Source of the DNA: an uncultured Planctomycetota bacterium
Lineage (GTDB): Bacteria > Planctomycetota > Planctomycetia > Gemmatales > Gemmataceae
Direction of reading: 5' to 3'
NCBI GenBank assembly: GCA_963849325.1
Contig: CAWKHF010000012.1
Coordinates: 256,001 to 320,000, forward strand
Length of the DNA stretch: 64,000 nucleotides
The position numbers and the translations under genes were made by a program. The notes under the pieces were generated by a model. The model did no database searches and was not told the origin of the DNA. It was given only the letters and a program-made list of their open reading frames with translations. Positions 10,365-21,217 of the stretch are shown one piece after another; the stretch's first letter is position 1; each line of letters begins with the position of its first letter.

Positions 10365-13215
10365 ATGAAGCGATCCCTCCTCTGCTCGGCGGCCGTCGCC
10401 CTGGTGCTGATCGTCTCGACTGCCCACCTGGCGCGCCCCGAGGACAAACGTCCCACGGAGTCACCTCGCGCACGACCCACGCTTGCAAGTCGATCTCTTC
10501 GCCGCTGCTCCAGAACATCGTCCACCCCATCGGCATCGTCTTCGACGACCGCGGCCGCCTGCTGGTGATCGAGAGCCACACGCACTTCCGGCCGCCGAAC
10601 TATTCAGGCCCGAAACACGACCGCGTGCGCCTCCTCGAAGACACCGACGGCGACGGCAAGGCCGATCGCTTCACCACCTTTTTCGAGGGCACGCGGGCAA
10701 CCATGGACATCGCCGCTCATCCGGATGGCTCGGTATACCTCGCCACGCGCAACGAAGTCCTGCGGCTGCGCGATACCGACGGCGACGGCAAGGCCGACGA
10801 CAAGCGCCGTATCGTCTTTCTCGACACCAAGGGCGATTACCCGCACAACGGCCTGTCGGGATTGGCCTTCGACTCGAAGGGCAACCTCTACTTCGGTCTC
10901 GGCGAGAACCTCGGAGCGACGTACCGGCTGATCGGCGCCGACGGCACGACGCTGACCGGCGGCGGCGAAGGGGGCGGCATCTTCCGGTGTACGGCGGACG
11001 GTCGGAAGCTGCGGCGCGTGGCGACGGGCTTCTGGAACCCATTCGGCGTCTGCCGCGACATCTTCGGCCGCGTCTTCGCGGTGGACAACGATCCCGACGC
11101 CATGCCGCCGTGCCGGCTGGTACACGTCGTCGAGGGCGGCGACTACGGCTACCAGTTTCGCTACGGCCGTTCGGGCCGGCACCCCTTCCAGTCGTGGGAC
11201 GGCCAGCTGCCGGGCACCCTGCCGATGGTCAGCGGCACCGGCGAGGCGCCGTGCGAAGTCCTCAGCTACGAATCCGACGGCCTGCCCCGTGAGTACCTCG
11301 GCAATTTACTGGTCACGTCCTGGGCGGACCATCGTATCGAGCGCTACGCGGTCAAGGAGCGCGGGGCTTCGTATGCGGCGGAGCGCCAGCCGTTCGTCCA
11401 GGGAGGCGAGGGTTTCCGGCCGGTGGGGTTGGCCGTGGCGCCGGACGGCTCGCTGTTCGTCAGCGACTGGGTGCGCAGCGATTACAACCTGCACGGCAAG
11501 GGGGCCGTCTGGCACATTCGACCGCGACAGACCACGAGCAAGACGGAGCGGCCAACGGAGCCGCGCCGCGGCCTCTTGAGCGGGCACCGTCCACTGCGCG
11601 AGGCGGCGGCGCGCCGGCTTGCTTCCGAGGAATCCGGCCGCGCGTTCCTCCGCGAACAACTCCACAGCCGCGACGTTCGCGTCCGCGCCGCCGCACTGAC
11701 CGCGCTGGTCGATGCCGGCGACCGCACGCTCGAACTGAATACCGTGGCGGAGAAAGATCCGCTGACGCCGATCCGTGGCATGGCCGTCCGCGCCCTGGTC
11801 GAACGCGGCGAGGATGCAAACCGTTTCCTCGATGCCAGCCAGCCGCCAGCGCTACGGCTGGAGGCGATTCCCTCTCTGCGAGGCGCGTCCGCCTTGCCGC
11901 GTTTGCTCCACCTGCTGACCGATCCCGACCCGTTCCTGCGCAGCGCCGCCGTGAAGCAACTGGGCGATCAGACGGACCTGCTCGGCTCCATCGAGGTCCG
12001 TTCGCTCAAGCAGCCGTTGCAGCGTATCGGCATCCTGCTGGCCTGGCGGGCATCCGGCCGTGCCGAGGGGACGCGCCGGCTGTCCGAGTGGCTGGCCGAC
12101 CCGGACGAAGACGTGCGCTTCCTCGCCGTCAAGTGGATCGCCGACGAAAAGCTGGTCGCATATCGGCCGCAGCTCGTGGAGGCACTGAAGGACCGCGGGC
12201 TGAACGTGCGGCTGTTCTTCGCCTGCTCCTCGGCGCTGGCCCGGCTGGACGACCGCGACGTAAGTGAAGCGAAGTTGGCCGATTACTTCCTCGACCGCCT
12301 CCAGGATGGGAAGGGTCCGCCGACCCTGCGCGTGCTGGCCCTGCAAATGATACCCGCGAACTATCCGAAGTTGACGCTCAATCTCCTGCGCCAACTGCTA
12401 TCCCAAAACGACGCGGCCCTACGGCTCGAAGCAGTTCGCACCCTGAGCGATCATCCCAACCCCGGCCGTGAATCGCTTCTGCTCGATGTCGTTCGTGATG
12501 CGCGCCAGGCAGACGCCATGCGGGCGCAGGCCATCCTCGGTCTGTCGGAGCACTGCGCGGGAGCATCTCAACGACCTGCTGCCGCTGATTGACGGAGAGA
12601 ACGCCGTCCTCCGGGACGAGGCCTTGCGCCCTCAAGGACGTGCAGGGGAGTGCCGCGCAGCGCAGCCATCTGGAAGAGATCGCCCGCCGTCACCCCGCCA
12701 GCGCATCCCTCGTGGCTCGGGTGCTGGGCCGGCCGTTCGTCAAGGACCGTCCTCGGCCGGACGACCTGGACGGTTGGTTAAAGCACCTGGAGGGACCGGC
12801 CGACGCCGGCGCCGGGCGGCGTGTCTTCTTTCACCCCAAGCTGGCCGGCTGTTTTCGCTGTCATCGCGTCGAGGGACGTGGCCGTGAGGTCGGACCCGAC
12901 CTCAGCACCATCGGCCGCACCGACCGGCGGCACATCCTCGAATCGATCCTGCGCCCGAGCAACCTCGTCGCGCCACACTATCAGGTCTGGCAGATCGAAA
13001 CCGACGACGGCAAGATCCGCACCGGAATGCTCGTTCGGACGGTGCTCGACGAATACACCTACCTGGACGCCAAGGGCGAGCTGTTCAAGCTGAACACGCG
13101 CCGCATCACCGCCAGCCGCTCCGTGCCCACCTCGATCATGCCGGATGGCCTGACCGATTTGCTGACGGACCAGGAGCTGCGCGATCTGCTCGCGTATCTG
13201 TGTGCCCGTCGCTGA
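10365..13215 (+). CDS. PVC-type heme-binding membrane dehydrogenase-like protein (beta-propeller, HEAT repeats, cytochrome c); frameshifts near 10480, 12555 and 12625
   Basis: Signal peptide at 10365; EDTDGDGKAD repeats, GFWNPFG, FRPVGLAVAPDGSLFVSDW; CFRCH heme motif, VGPDLSTIG, SIMPDGL. Confidence 0.88.
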
Positions 13216-13311
13216 CCGTCCTGCAGAGCTATCACGGCGATCCTTGCTGTCTTTTCCGACTTCCGGCATGACGATTGCTCGCACAGAGGAGGATGCTCGA
13301 TCACTCTGGCT

Positions 13312-13819
13312 ATGGGGGTCATCATGCCCGCAGACAGATGTTCTCTGGCGAAGGCCGTGGACGTTTTGAAACACGTTTTGGGAGCGGACGCCACCGAGCG
13401 AGAGAATGACTGGATCGGGCGCGTGGATGTCGCCCTGGCCGGCGTGGAACGATCCGTGCGGCGGCACCGCGCGGTCTTGAAAGACCCCCAAGGACGTATC
13501 GTCGATGTGGACAGCTCGCTCAACCCTTCGCCAACCGTGGCCCGGCGCACGGAGCGTCTGCGACGAGAACTGAACGATCTTCTATGCGAAGCTCAGACTC
13601 TGCGCGAAGCTGAAAGAAATCCACCCTTCCGGGGGAGGGACCGACGCTTCCACGACCGCCGGTGCATTGCCCGTGGCGCCGGAAGCCGCCGACGTCGCCG
13701 ACTTCGGCGTCTTCTGCGAGCGCACGGAGCGGTTGCTGGAGGGGTTCACTCACTTCGATGAGAAGGAAGCCGAGTTGATGCGGGAGAGCGTCACGATGGA
13801 CCTTGGCGCCGGCGATTGA
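13312..13819 (+). CDS. Hypothetical helical (hemerythrin-like) protein, frameshift near 13610
   Basis: Helical N-terminal ORF; shifted frame ends ESVTMDLGAGD-stop. Confidence 0.55.
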
Positions 13820-13867
13820 CACCTTCTTGGTCCGATACAATGGGAGGAGGATGGCCCGCTGGGGACC

Positions 13868-14899
13868 ATGCGCGAACGCCGGGTGTCGGACGCAGAGAAA
13901 GCGATGGAAGCGCACAGAAACGAGCCGATCGAACCGACGCATTTCGATGGCCGACGTTATTTCAATCCGGCGGCCCCGGTCTACGGCTTCCGCGTCTGGC
14001 GTGTCCTGGGCTGGATGGCGCGACGGCGGCCCCAGCCCTGGCCGAGATGGATCGACGATCCGACCCAGCCCGGTCCCCCGGCCGTCCTCGGTCCGCATCA
14101 AATCGCCGCCACCTTCGTCGGCCAATCGACCTTCTTGCTGCAACTGGACGGCGTCAATGTGCTGACCGATCCCGTGTGGTCGGATCGCGCCAGCCCCTTG
14201 CGCTGGGCCGGGCCGCGGCGCGTGCGCCGGCCGGGGCTGGCTTTCGAGCAGTTGCCGCCCATCCATCTCGTTTTGGTCAGCCACAATCATTACGATCACA
14301 TGGACCTGACGACGCTGCGGCGATTGCAGCGGCGCTTCGATCCGCTCTTCGTCACCGGACTGGGCAATCGGCACTACCTGAGGAAGCGCGGTCTGCGCCG
14401 CGTCGAGGAGTTGGACTGGTGGCAGACGTGTCCGGGACCCGGCGGCATGGTGGTGACGATGACGCCTGCCCAGCACTTCAGTCGGCGCGGCCTGTTCGAC
14501 CGTCTGCGCACCCTCTGGGGCGGCTTCGTGTTGACGTCCGCGTCGGGGCGAATCTTCTTCACCGGCGATAGCGCCTACGGCGCTCACTTCCAGGAAATCC
14601 GTCGCCGTCTGGGTCCGATCGATCTGGCCCTGCTACCCATCGGCGCCTACGAGCCGCGCTGGCTGATGCGGGCGGCGCACATGAACCCGGAGGAGGCGGT
14701 GCGGGCGCACCAAGACCTCGCGCCTCGGCTGAGCATCAGCATGCACTTCGGCACCTTTCAGCTGACCGACGAGGCCATCGACGCCCCCATCGGCGAACTT
14801 CGGCGAAGCCTCCGCCAGCACGACGTCGAGGAGAGCGCTTTCCTCGTTCCGGGGTTTGGCGAAACCATCGTTCTCCGAGCAATAACAAACGGAACTTGA
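13868..14899 (+). CDS. MBL-fold metallo-hydrolase (RomA/NAPE-PLD-like)
   Basis: LTDPVWSDRASP, SHNHYDHMD, PAQHFSRR, GDSAY, LPIGAYEPRW, HFGTFQLTDE. Confidence 0.92.
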   Translation: MRERRVSDAEKAMEAHRNEPIEPTHFDGRRYFNPAAPVYGFRVWRVLGWMARRRPQPWPRWIDDPTQPGPPAVLGPHQIAATFVGQSTFLLQLDGVNVLTDPVWSDRASPLRWAGPRRVRRPGLAFEQLPPIHLVLVSHNHYDHMDLTTLRRLQRRFDPLFVTGLGNRHYLRKRGLRRVEELDWWQTCPGPGGMVVTMTPAQHFSRRGLFDRLRTLWGGFVLTSASGRIFFTGDSAYGAHFQEIRRRLGPIDLALLPIGAYEPRWLMRAAHMNPEEAVRAHQDLAPRLSISMHFGTFQLTDEAIDAPIGELRRSLRQHDVEESAFLVPGFGETIVLRAITNGT

Positions 14900-14902
14900 A
14901 CC

Positions 14903-14956
14903 ACAAGCCCGGAGCGCTAGCGACGGGTTTTCCGTCGCTAGCGCCTCCGGGCTTGT
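14903..14956. repeat. REP-like palindrome, family D (acaagcccggagcgctagcgacgg)
   Basis: Hairpin between convergent genes; related copy at 54847-54903. Confidence 0.85.
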
Positions 14957-14966
14957 AGACGGAAAA

Positions 14967-16007
14967 CTATTTCATCTTCTTGAAGCGCTCGTAGTTCTCC
15001 GCGACGCGGCCGTCCTTGGCGTCGCCCAGATGGATGAACATGCCGTAGCGCAGTTTCAAGTGCTTGTCCTTCTCGATGCGCACAAGGTCTTTTTTGTCCT
15101 TCTTGTCCTTCATGGCCGGGAAGCCGGATTTGGCACGGCCGAAGGGGTTGGCCGCCATCAGGCCGTAGCCGCGACTGTGCCAACAGGACGGAATCGGATT
15201 GTCCGGCCCGGCGAAGAGGGCGATGCCCACCATGTCGCCGCCGACCAACCCGGAGTAGTCGCACCATGCCGACAGCTGGCCCCAGCACTCCTTCTCGCCG
15301 ACCTTGCCCTCGGCGTTGGTGATCTTGCCCCGGCCGCCCTTCTCGCGCATGCTGTCGTTGACGCGCACACCGAAGGCCCCCTCCTTCGTATCGCCGAAGG
15401 TGATCGGCATGACACTGGCATGCAAATCGATGTCCACGATGAAGAAACGGGCCGTGGTGAAATTGTAGAACTGGATCTTGCGCACCTCGTCCAGCACCTT
15501 ATCGCCGTCGGCGCTGCGCCACTCGTTGTAGGTAGTCACCCAGGCGTGGTTCTGATCGTTGTGGCCCTCGCTGGTGCGGACGCAGACAATGCGGCCGGCG
15601 TTGGCGCCCTCGGCCCAGAAGTCGATGCCCTCGACGCCCTTGGTCTTGCGCTTCAGTTCCATGCCCTCGGGAATGACGTCGCCGTAGGTGAACCAGGCCG
15701 ACTTTTGGTGCGGATGGTCCATCGAGCCGCCAATCGGGGCCGGCAGCATCGGCCAGCTGCGCGTGACTTCGCGGCTGTTGGAGGCTTCCAGCGGCCAGAA
15801 GTACGGCTTGGCGTGGTCGCGGCCGAAGTCGTAAATCGCCGCCTCGTTCTTGTAGACGCGAAACTCGATGTTCGCCCGGTTGACCCAGATGGTCACGTCC
15901 GCCGGGAAGAGCGCCTCCTCCCGTTGCTGCGCCGCGCCCGGCAGGGCCATCACCCCCAGGGCGAGGCCCAGCGCCGCCAGCGGGAACAATGTTTGCTTGA
16001 TTCGCAT
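14967..16007 (-). CDS. PmoA-family/DUF6807-like secreted protein
   Basis: KPYFWPL, DHPHQKS.WF, FGDTKEG.FGVR, WHSRGYGLMAANPFG; signal peptide. Confidence 0.8.
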   Translation of the reverse strand: MRIKQTLFPLAALGLALGVMALPGAAQQREEALFPADVTIWVNRANIEFRVYKNEAAIYDFGRDHAKPYFWPLEASNSREVTRSWPMLPAPIGGSMDHPHQKSAWFTYGDVIPEGMELKRKTKGVEGIDFWAEGANAGRIVCVRTSEGHNDQNHAWVTTYNEWRSADGDKVLDEVRKIQFYNFTTARFFIVDIDLHASVMPITFGDTKEGAFGVRVNDSMREKGGRGKITNAEGKVGEKECWGQLSAWCDYSGLVGGDMVGIALFAGPDNPIPSCWHSRGYGLMAANPFGRAKSGFPAMKDKKDKKDLVRIEKDKHLKLRYGMFIHLGDAKDGRVAENYERFKKMK

Positions 16008-16213
16008 GACGATGTCTCCTAGTCGGGTCCGCCCTCTCTATACTGAACCGAGGGCCGCCGAAATTCGCGGCGGCTGACACCCGACGCGAGTATAAAGGGT
16101 ATTCTCTCCGCGGTCCACAAGCCAGTTACGAGAAGTGGGCCGTTCCCGTGAGACCGGCGGGACGCCGGTCCACCGATTCGGGTTGTCCCCTGCTCATTCA
16201 AGGAGTGTTGTTC

Positions 16214-17830
16214 ATGTACAGACGATGGTTGACCGGGACGGCCCTGCTGGGCCTGATGCTGGTGATGCCCGCCGCGACGCGGGCCGCCGAGGACAAGGCG
16301 GAAAAGCCGGCCGTGGTCGTGCGCCTCGCCTCCCTCGACAGCGTGCGGGCCGACCTCCGCTACCTCGCCGAGGTCGTCGGCCATGGCGAGCAGGTCAAGC
16401 AGTTCGATGCCCTGCTTCAGTCCAAGCTGGACGGCATCGACCCCAAGAAGCCGATCGGCGCCTACGGTTGGGTCGGCCGCACCGGCATCGACAGCCAGCT
16501 CGTCGTCCTCGTGCCCGTCCGTGACCAGAAGGCGTTCCTCGGCCTGTTCGACAACTTCGACGCCAAGCCCGACAAGGGCGACGATGACGTGTACACGGTC
16601 AACCTGGACAAGGTGCCTGCCCCCGTGTACTTCCGATTCGCCAACGATTACGCCTACCTCACGCTGCGCGACAAGGAAGTGCTCGACAAGAACAAGCTGC
16701 TCGCTCCGGCGGCGGTGCTGCCGGCCGGCCAGATCGGCATGCTCTCGTTGCTGGTCAACATCGACCAGATCCCTGAAAATCTCCGGGAGTTGGCGCTGGG
16801 CAACCTCGAAAACCAGCTGGCCAACGTCAAGGACAAGGAGGTGCCCAAGGAAACCGAGGCCGAGAAGAAGCTCCGCCTCGCCGTGGTCGATGAACTAAGC
16901 TCCGGCCTCAAGTCGCTGTTCAACAATGGCGGCGAAACGGCGCTGCGCCTGGACGTGAAGCGCGACAGCAGCGATCTATCGCTGTCGCTGAGCGTGGCGG
17001 GCAAGGCCGGCACGTCCCTGGCCACGACCATCCAGAATCTGGGGCGCGTGCAAAGCGTGACGGCGTCGTTGATCGGCGCGGACTCGGCCATCAACGGCGC
17101 GATGACCGTGAGTCTGCCGGAAAAGTTGCGTGAATTGCTGGCGCCGGCGATCGAGGACCAGGAAAAGAAAGCGCTGGCCAGGGCGAAGGAGCCGGCCGAG
17201 CGCGAGGCGCTGGGCACCCTGCTGCGGTCACTGCGGCCCACGCTGCAGAGTGGCGAGCTGGACTTTGCCGCCGACCTGCGCGGTCCGGGCGAGGGCGGAC
17301 TGTATACCGGCATCTTCGGCATCAAGGTCAAGGACGGCGCCGCCATCGACAAGGCGCTACGCCAAATCGTCGCCGGGCTGCCGCCGAAGGAACGCAAGAC
17401 CGTGACCCTGGACGTGGACAAGGTCGGCGCCGTCGCCATCCACCGTATTGTACCAGACAGGAACGATGCCGAGGGCAAGCGGCTCTTCGGCGACAACCCT
17501 CTCTACGTCGCCGTGCGCTCCAACGAAGTCCTGGCGAGCATCGGCCCCAAAGGGTTGAACGCCCTCAAGGACGCCGTGGAGACGACGCCGAAATCGGCCG
17601 GCGTGATGGAGCTGCAAATGTCCTTGCGCCGGTTGGCGCCGCTGATGGTCAAGGACAATCCGTCGGCGCCCGAGGTCGCCCGCCAGGTCTTCGCCGACGG
17701 CAAAGACAACGACAAGCTCCGCATCACACTGGAGGGCGGCAAGACGCTCAAGCTCCACCTCGACATGAAGGCGCCGCTGGTGGCGTTCTTCAACAAGCTC
17801 CAGCAAGCGAAGAAGAGTCAAGCCAAGTAA
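16214..17830 (+). CDS. Secreted hypothetical planctomycete protein
   Basis: AGGAG RBS, signal peptide, GIDPKKPIGAY motif, strong GC3 bias. Confidence 0.8.
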   Translation: MYRRWLTGTALLGLMLVMPAATRAAEDKAEKPAVVVRLASLDSVRADLRYLAEVVGHGEQVKQFDALLQSKLDGIDPKKPIGAYGWVGRTGIDSQLVVLVPVRDQKAFLGLFDNFDAKPDKGDDDVYTVNLDKVPAPVYFRFANDYAYLTLRDKEVLDKNKLLAPAAVLPAGQIGMLSLLVNIDQIPENLRELALGNLENQLANVKDKEVPKETEAEKKLRLAVVDELSSGLKSLFNNGGETALRLDVKRDSSDLSLSLSVAGKAGTSLATTIQNLGRVQSVTASLIGADSAINGAMTVSLPEKLRELLAPAIEDQEKKALARAKEPAEREALGTLLRSLRPTLQSGELDFAADLRGPGEGGLYTGIFGIKVKDGAAIDKALRQIVAGLPPKERKTVTLDVDKVGAVAIHRIVPDRNDAEGKRLFGDNPLYVAVRSNEVLASIGPKGLNALKDAVETTPKSAGVMELQMSLRRLAPLMVKDNPSAPEVARQVFADGKDNDKLRITLEGGKTLKLHLDMKAPLVAFFNKLQQAKKSQAK

Positions 17831-17842
17831 CGGTACGCTCGT

Positions 17843-17890
17843 CCCCATTTCGCCGCCCCGCGCTCCGCGGCGAAATGGGGAACTTGTTTT
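17843..17890 (+). terminator. Probable intrinsic terminator
   Basis: ccccatttcgccgc...gcggcgaaatgggg hairpin followed by aacttgtttt just after the stop codon. Confidence 0.55.
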
Positions 17891-17912
17891 CGCGGGAACT
17901 TTACAGAAACCC

Positions 17913-17940
17913 TAGACAAAACCACACGCTGCCGTATACT
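17913..17940 (+). promoter_or_regulatory. Sigma70-type promoter upstream of fusA
   Basis: TAGACA-16 nt-TATACT. Confidence 0.6.
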
Positions 17941-18158
17941 ATTAAACTTACTTCTACTTCGCGCCCTCCCTAGCGGAAGCCGGCAGTGATGGATGGTTCT
18001 TTCGGGTTAGTGTCTGTCGCTCTCCTCTGTGTGCTGCGGTTGTGAATCGCGGCACGGAATCCGCACCTGGAGATAACCGAAGCGATGTGGTGTGGGCTGG
18101 AAGCGTGTTCCAGCCGCCGCTGTCCCTGTTCTCGTTTCAGGAGTGCCGCCGCCTCCAG

Positions 18159-18245
18159 AGTTCTGAGTTCTGAGTTCTGAGTTCTGAGTGAAGAGCAATC
18201 CGCTTGCCTCTTTCACTCAGAACTCAGAACTCAGAACTCAGAACT
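18159..18245. repeat. Inverted array of 7-mer (agttctg x4 / cagaact x4) in the fusA leader
   Basis: Tandem heptamers forming a long hairpin about 20 nt before the start codon. Confidence 0.9.
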
Positions 18246-18266
18246 TTGCGAATGGCCTGCAACCTC

Positions 18267-20383
18267 ATGCTCGAAAACCTTCGTAACATTGGCATCATCG
18301 CGCACGTCGATGCGGGGAAAACAACGACGACGGAGCGCATCCTCTACTTCAGCGGTTCCAAGCACAAGGTTGGCGACGTCGATGAGGGCAACACCACGAC
18401 GGACTTCGACCCCCTGGAACGGCAGAAGGGCATCACCATCAACAGTGCCGCCGTCACCATCGAATGGGGCGACACACGCATCACTCTGATCGACACGCCC
18501 GGCCACGTCGATTTCACGGCCGAGGTCGAGCGTAGTCTGCGCGTGCTCGACGGGGCCGTCGGCGTCTTCTGCGCCGTCGGCGGCGTCGAGGTGCAGTCGG
18601 AGACGGTCTGGTATCAGGCCAACAAGCATCAGGTGCCGCGCATTGCCTATATCAACAAGCTGGATCGCACCGGCGCCGACTTCTTCGGCTGCATCCAGCA
18701 GATGAAGGACAAGCTCGGCGTCCTGCCGGCCATCTGCGCTCTGCCGGCCGGCGAGGCCAACCAGTTCAAGGGCGTCATCGACCTGGTGCGCGATGAAGTT
18801 CATCCTCAAGGATCCCACGGACAAGACGCACGTCAAGTACGACCTGGTCGAGATGCCCGACGAGTACAAGGAGCTGGCCGAGGAGTACCGCGGCCATCTG
18901 CTCGAGGCCGCCTCGCACGCCGACGATCACCTGCTGGAACTGGTGCTGGAAGGCAAGCCGGTGTCCGAGGACGTGCTGGTCAAGGCGCTGCGGGCCGGCA
19001 CGCTCAGCGGCAAGCTGACGCCGATCCTGTGCGGCTCGTCAAAGAACTTCCACGGCGTTCAGCTCTTGCTCGACTCGGTGATCGATTATCTACCGTCGCC
19101 GTTGGAGCGTCCGCCGGTCACGGGTTTGATTCCCAAGAGCAAGGACAAGGAAGAGACCTCGCGCAAGCCCGATGCCAAGGAGCCGTTCTCCGGCCTGGCC
19201 TTCAAGACCATCAGCGAGAGCACCGGCGACCTGGTGTTCGTGCGCATCTACTCGGGCGAGTTGCATCCCAAGGACGACGTGCGGAACACGGCGGTCGGCC
19301 GCGGCGAGCGCGTGGCCCGCATCTTCCGCATGATGGGCGATCGCCGCGACAGCCTCGACGTGGCCGGGCCGGGCGAGATCGTCGCCGTCGTCGGCCTCAA
19401 GCAGACGCACACCGGCAATACGCTGTGCGCGACCGAATGCTCCGATCGCGCTGGAGGACATCCGCTTCCCCGATCCGGTCATCGCGCAGGCGATCGTCCC
19501 CGATCGCAGCACGGACGAGTCGAAGCTGGCCGACGCCCTGGGCAAGCTGGTCCGCGACGATCCGACCTTGAAGTGCCGCACCGACCCGGAGACCAAGGAG
19601 CTGATCCTCAGCGGCATGGGCGAGCTGCACCTGGAAGTGTCGGTCGAGAAGCTAATGCGAACGCCGGGCGTCAAGGTGACGGTCGGTCGGCCGCAGGTGG
19701 CCTATCGACAGACGCTGTCCAAGGCGGTCGAGATCGAGACGCGCTTCATCAAGCAGTCGGGCGGCCGCGGCAAGTTCGCCGTCGTCTACATGCGCTTCGA
19801 GCCGCTGACCAAGGACCAGGTCGCCGAGTGGACGACCTATCAGGAAGAGCAGGGAGAGAAGCCGGACCCCAATAATATCTATTTCCTGGACAAGATCGTC
19901 GGCGGCGTCGTGCCGGGCGAGTACATTCCGTCCGTGCAGGCCGGCTTCCGCGATGCCTGCGTCAAGGGGGCCAAGTACGGCTTCCAATGCGTCGATATGC
20001 AGGCGACGCTGTTGGATGGCAAATATCACGAGGTGGATAGCTCGCAGGATGCGTTCAAGCTGGCGGGCATCGAGTGTACGCGCGAGGCGCAGCTCAAGGC
20101 CGGCATCACGCTGCTGGAGCCGATCATGAACGTGGTCGTCTTGGCGCCGTCGCAGTACCTCGGCGACCTGACGCGCGACATCAGCCGCCGTCGCGGCGAG
20201 ATCCTGAACTCCAGCATGGACAAGGGCCGCTGTCAGCTGCACGCCTACGTCCCGCTGGCTGAGCTGTTCGGCTACACCAGCGAGCTGCGCAACTTCACCA
20301 GCGGCACGGCATCGTTCAGCATGGAGCCGAGCCACTACGCCCCGGTCAAGGAGGAATTGGCCGATCTGCGCGCGGCGAGCTGA
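18267..20383 (+). CDS. fusA: Elongation factor G (paralog outside the str operon); frameshifts near 18795 and 19435
   Basis: [67 protein letters not shown]. Confidence 0.95.
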
Positions 20384-20408
20384 GCAACAATCATGGAAAA
20401 CCCTTCGC

Positions 20409-20454
20409 AGCCGCAGCGTCAGCGAGGGAGGTTCCCTCGCTGACGCTGCGGGCT
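20409..20454. repeat. REP-like palindrome (agccgcagcgtcagcgaggga)
   Basis: Hairpin between convergent fusA and DUF4058 genes. Confidence 0.8.
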
Positions 20455-20463
20455 CCGATCATC

Positions 20464-21198
20464 TCACTCCAGCACCTTTCGCCAGCGCTGGGGCAAGACG
20501 GCGAACGCCGTCTGATACGTCGCCTCCAACGGAACCAGAACGTGGGCATTGGGCTGCAGGAACAGCGGCATGTCCGGGAGGACGTCGCCGACGGCGACCG
20601 GCTCAATGTACGCTCGGGTCGTCAGGTCGCATTCGTAGGCGGCTAACGTGAGCGGCTTATCCGCCGGCAGGACAAACGGCTTGTCCTCGACCTCGGCCCA
20701 GATGGCGGCGTGGACGCCGTTGGGATCGCGCCGGCCGGGCGGAAACGGATCGACGATCAGCAGATGGATGCGGTGTTCGAGCAACTCGCACGCCTTGTCC
20801 AGCAGCGCCCGAAAGGCGTGCCGGCTGGCTTTGTTCCCTGGCGAGACGATTTCCAGCATGGCGACGATCCGATCCCCACTGACGTGGCGGACGGCGATGG
20901 AACTCTTCTTGCGACGATAAAACTCGGCATCGGTTTCCGCCACGAATCGCGTCTGGGGTCGAGTCTGCCGTGCCGTCATGGTGCCGACGCCTCCGCTATC
21001 CGGCTCGCCCTCCTCCTGGCGCTCATCCTGGAGGGTAAGGACGTTGGGACCGAAGCCGGCCGCTTGCTGCTCGGGTAAGGCGTAGTAATCGCTCGGCAGG
21101 CCGCCCTGGTTCAGCAGCCGTGCGATCTCGTGAATCCAGCCGTGATGAAAGGCGTGGAAGATGCCGGCTTCCACTCGCGTCCAGTCGTGCATGGGCAT
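20464..21198 (-). CDS. DUF4058 / Uma2-like restriction-endonuclease-fold protein
   Basis: MPMHDWTRVEAGIFHAFH, LEIVSPGNK, LPDMPLFL, VPLEATY. Confidence 0.85.
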   Translation of the reverse strand: MPMHDWTRVEAGIFHAFHHGWIHEIARLLNQGGLPSDYYALPEQQAAGFGPNVLTLQDERQEEGEPDSGGVGTMTARQTRPQTRFVAETDAEFYRRKKSSIAVRHVSGDRIVAMLEIVSPGNKASRHAFRALLDKACELLEHRIHLLIVDPFPPGRRDPNGVHAAIWAEVEDKPFVLPADKPLTLAAYECDLTTRAYIEPVAVGDVLPDMPLFLQPNAHVLVPLEATYQTAFAVLPQRWRKVLE

Positions 21199-21217
21199 GG
21201 CAAGTCCCTCTGGTCGA

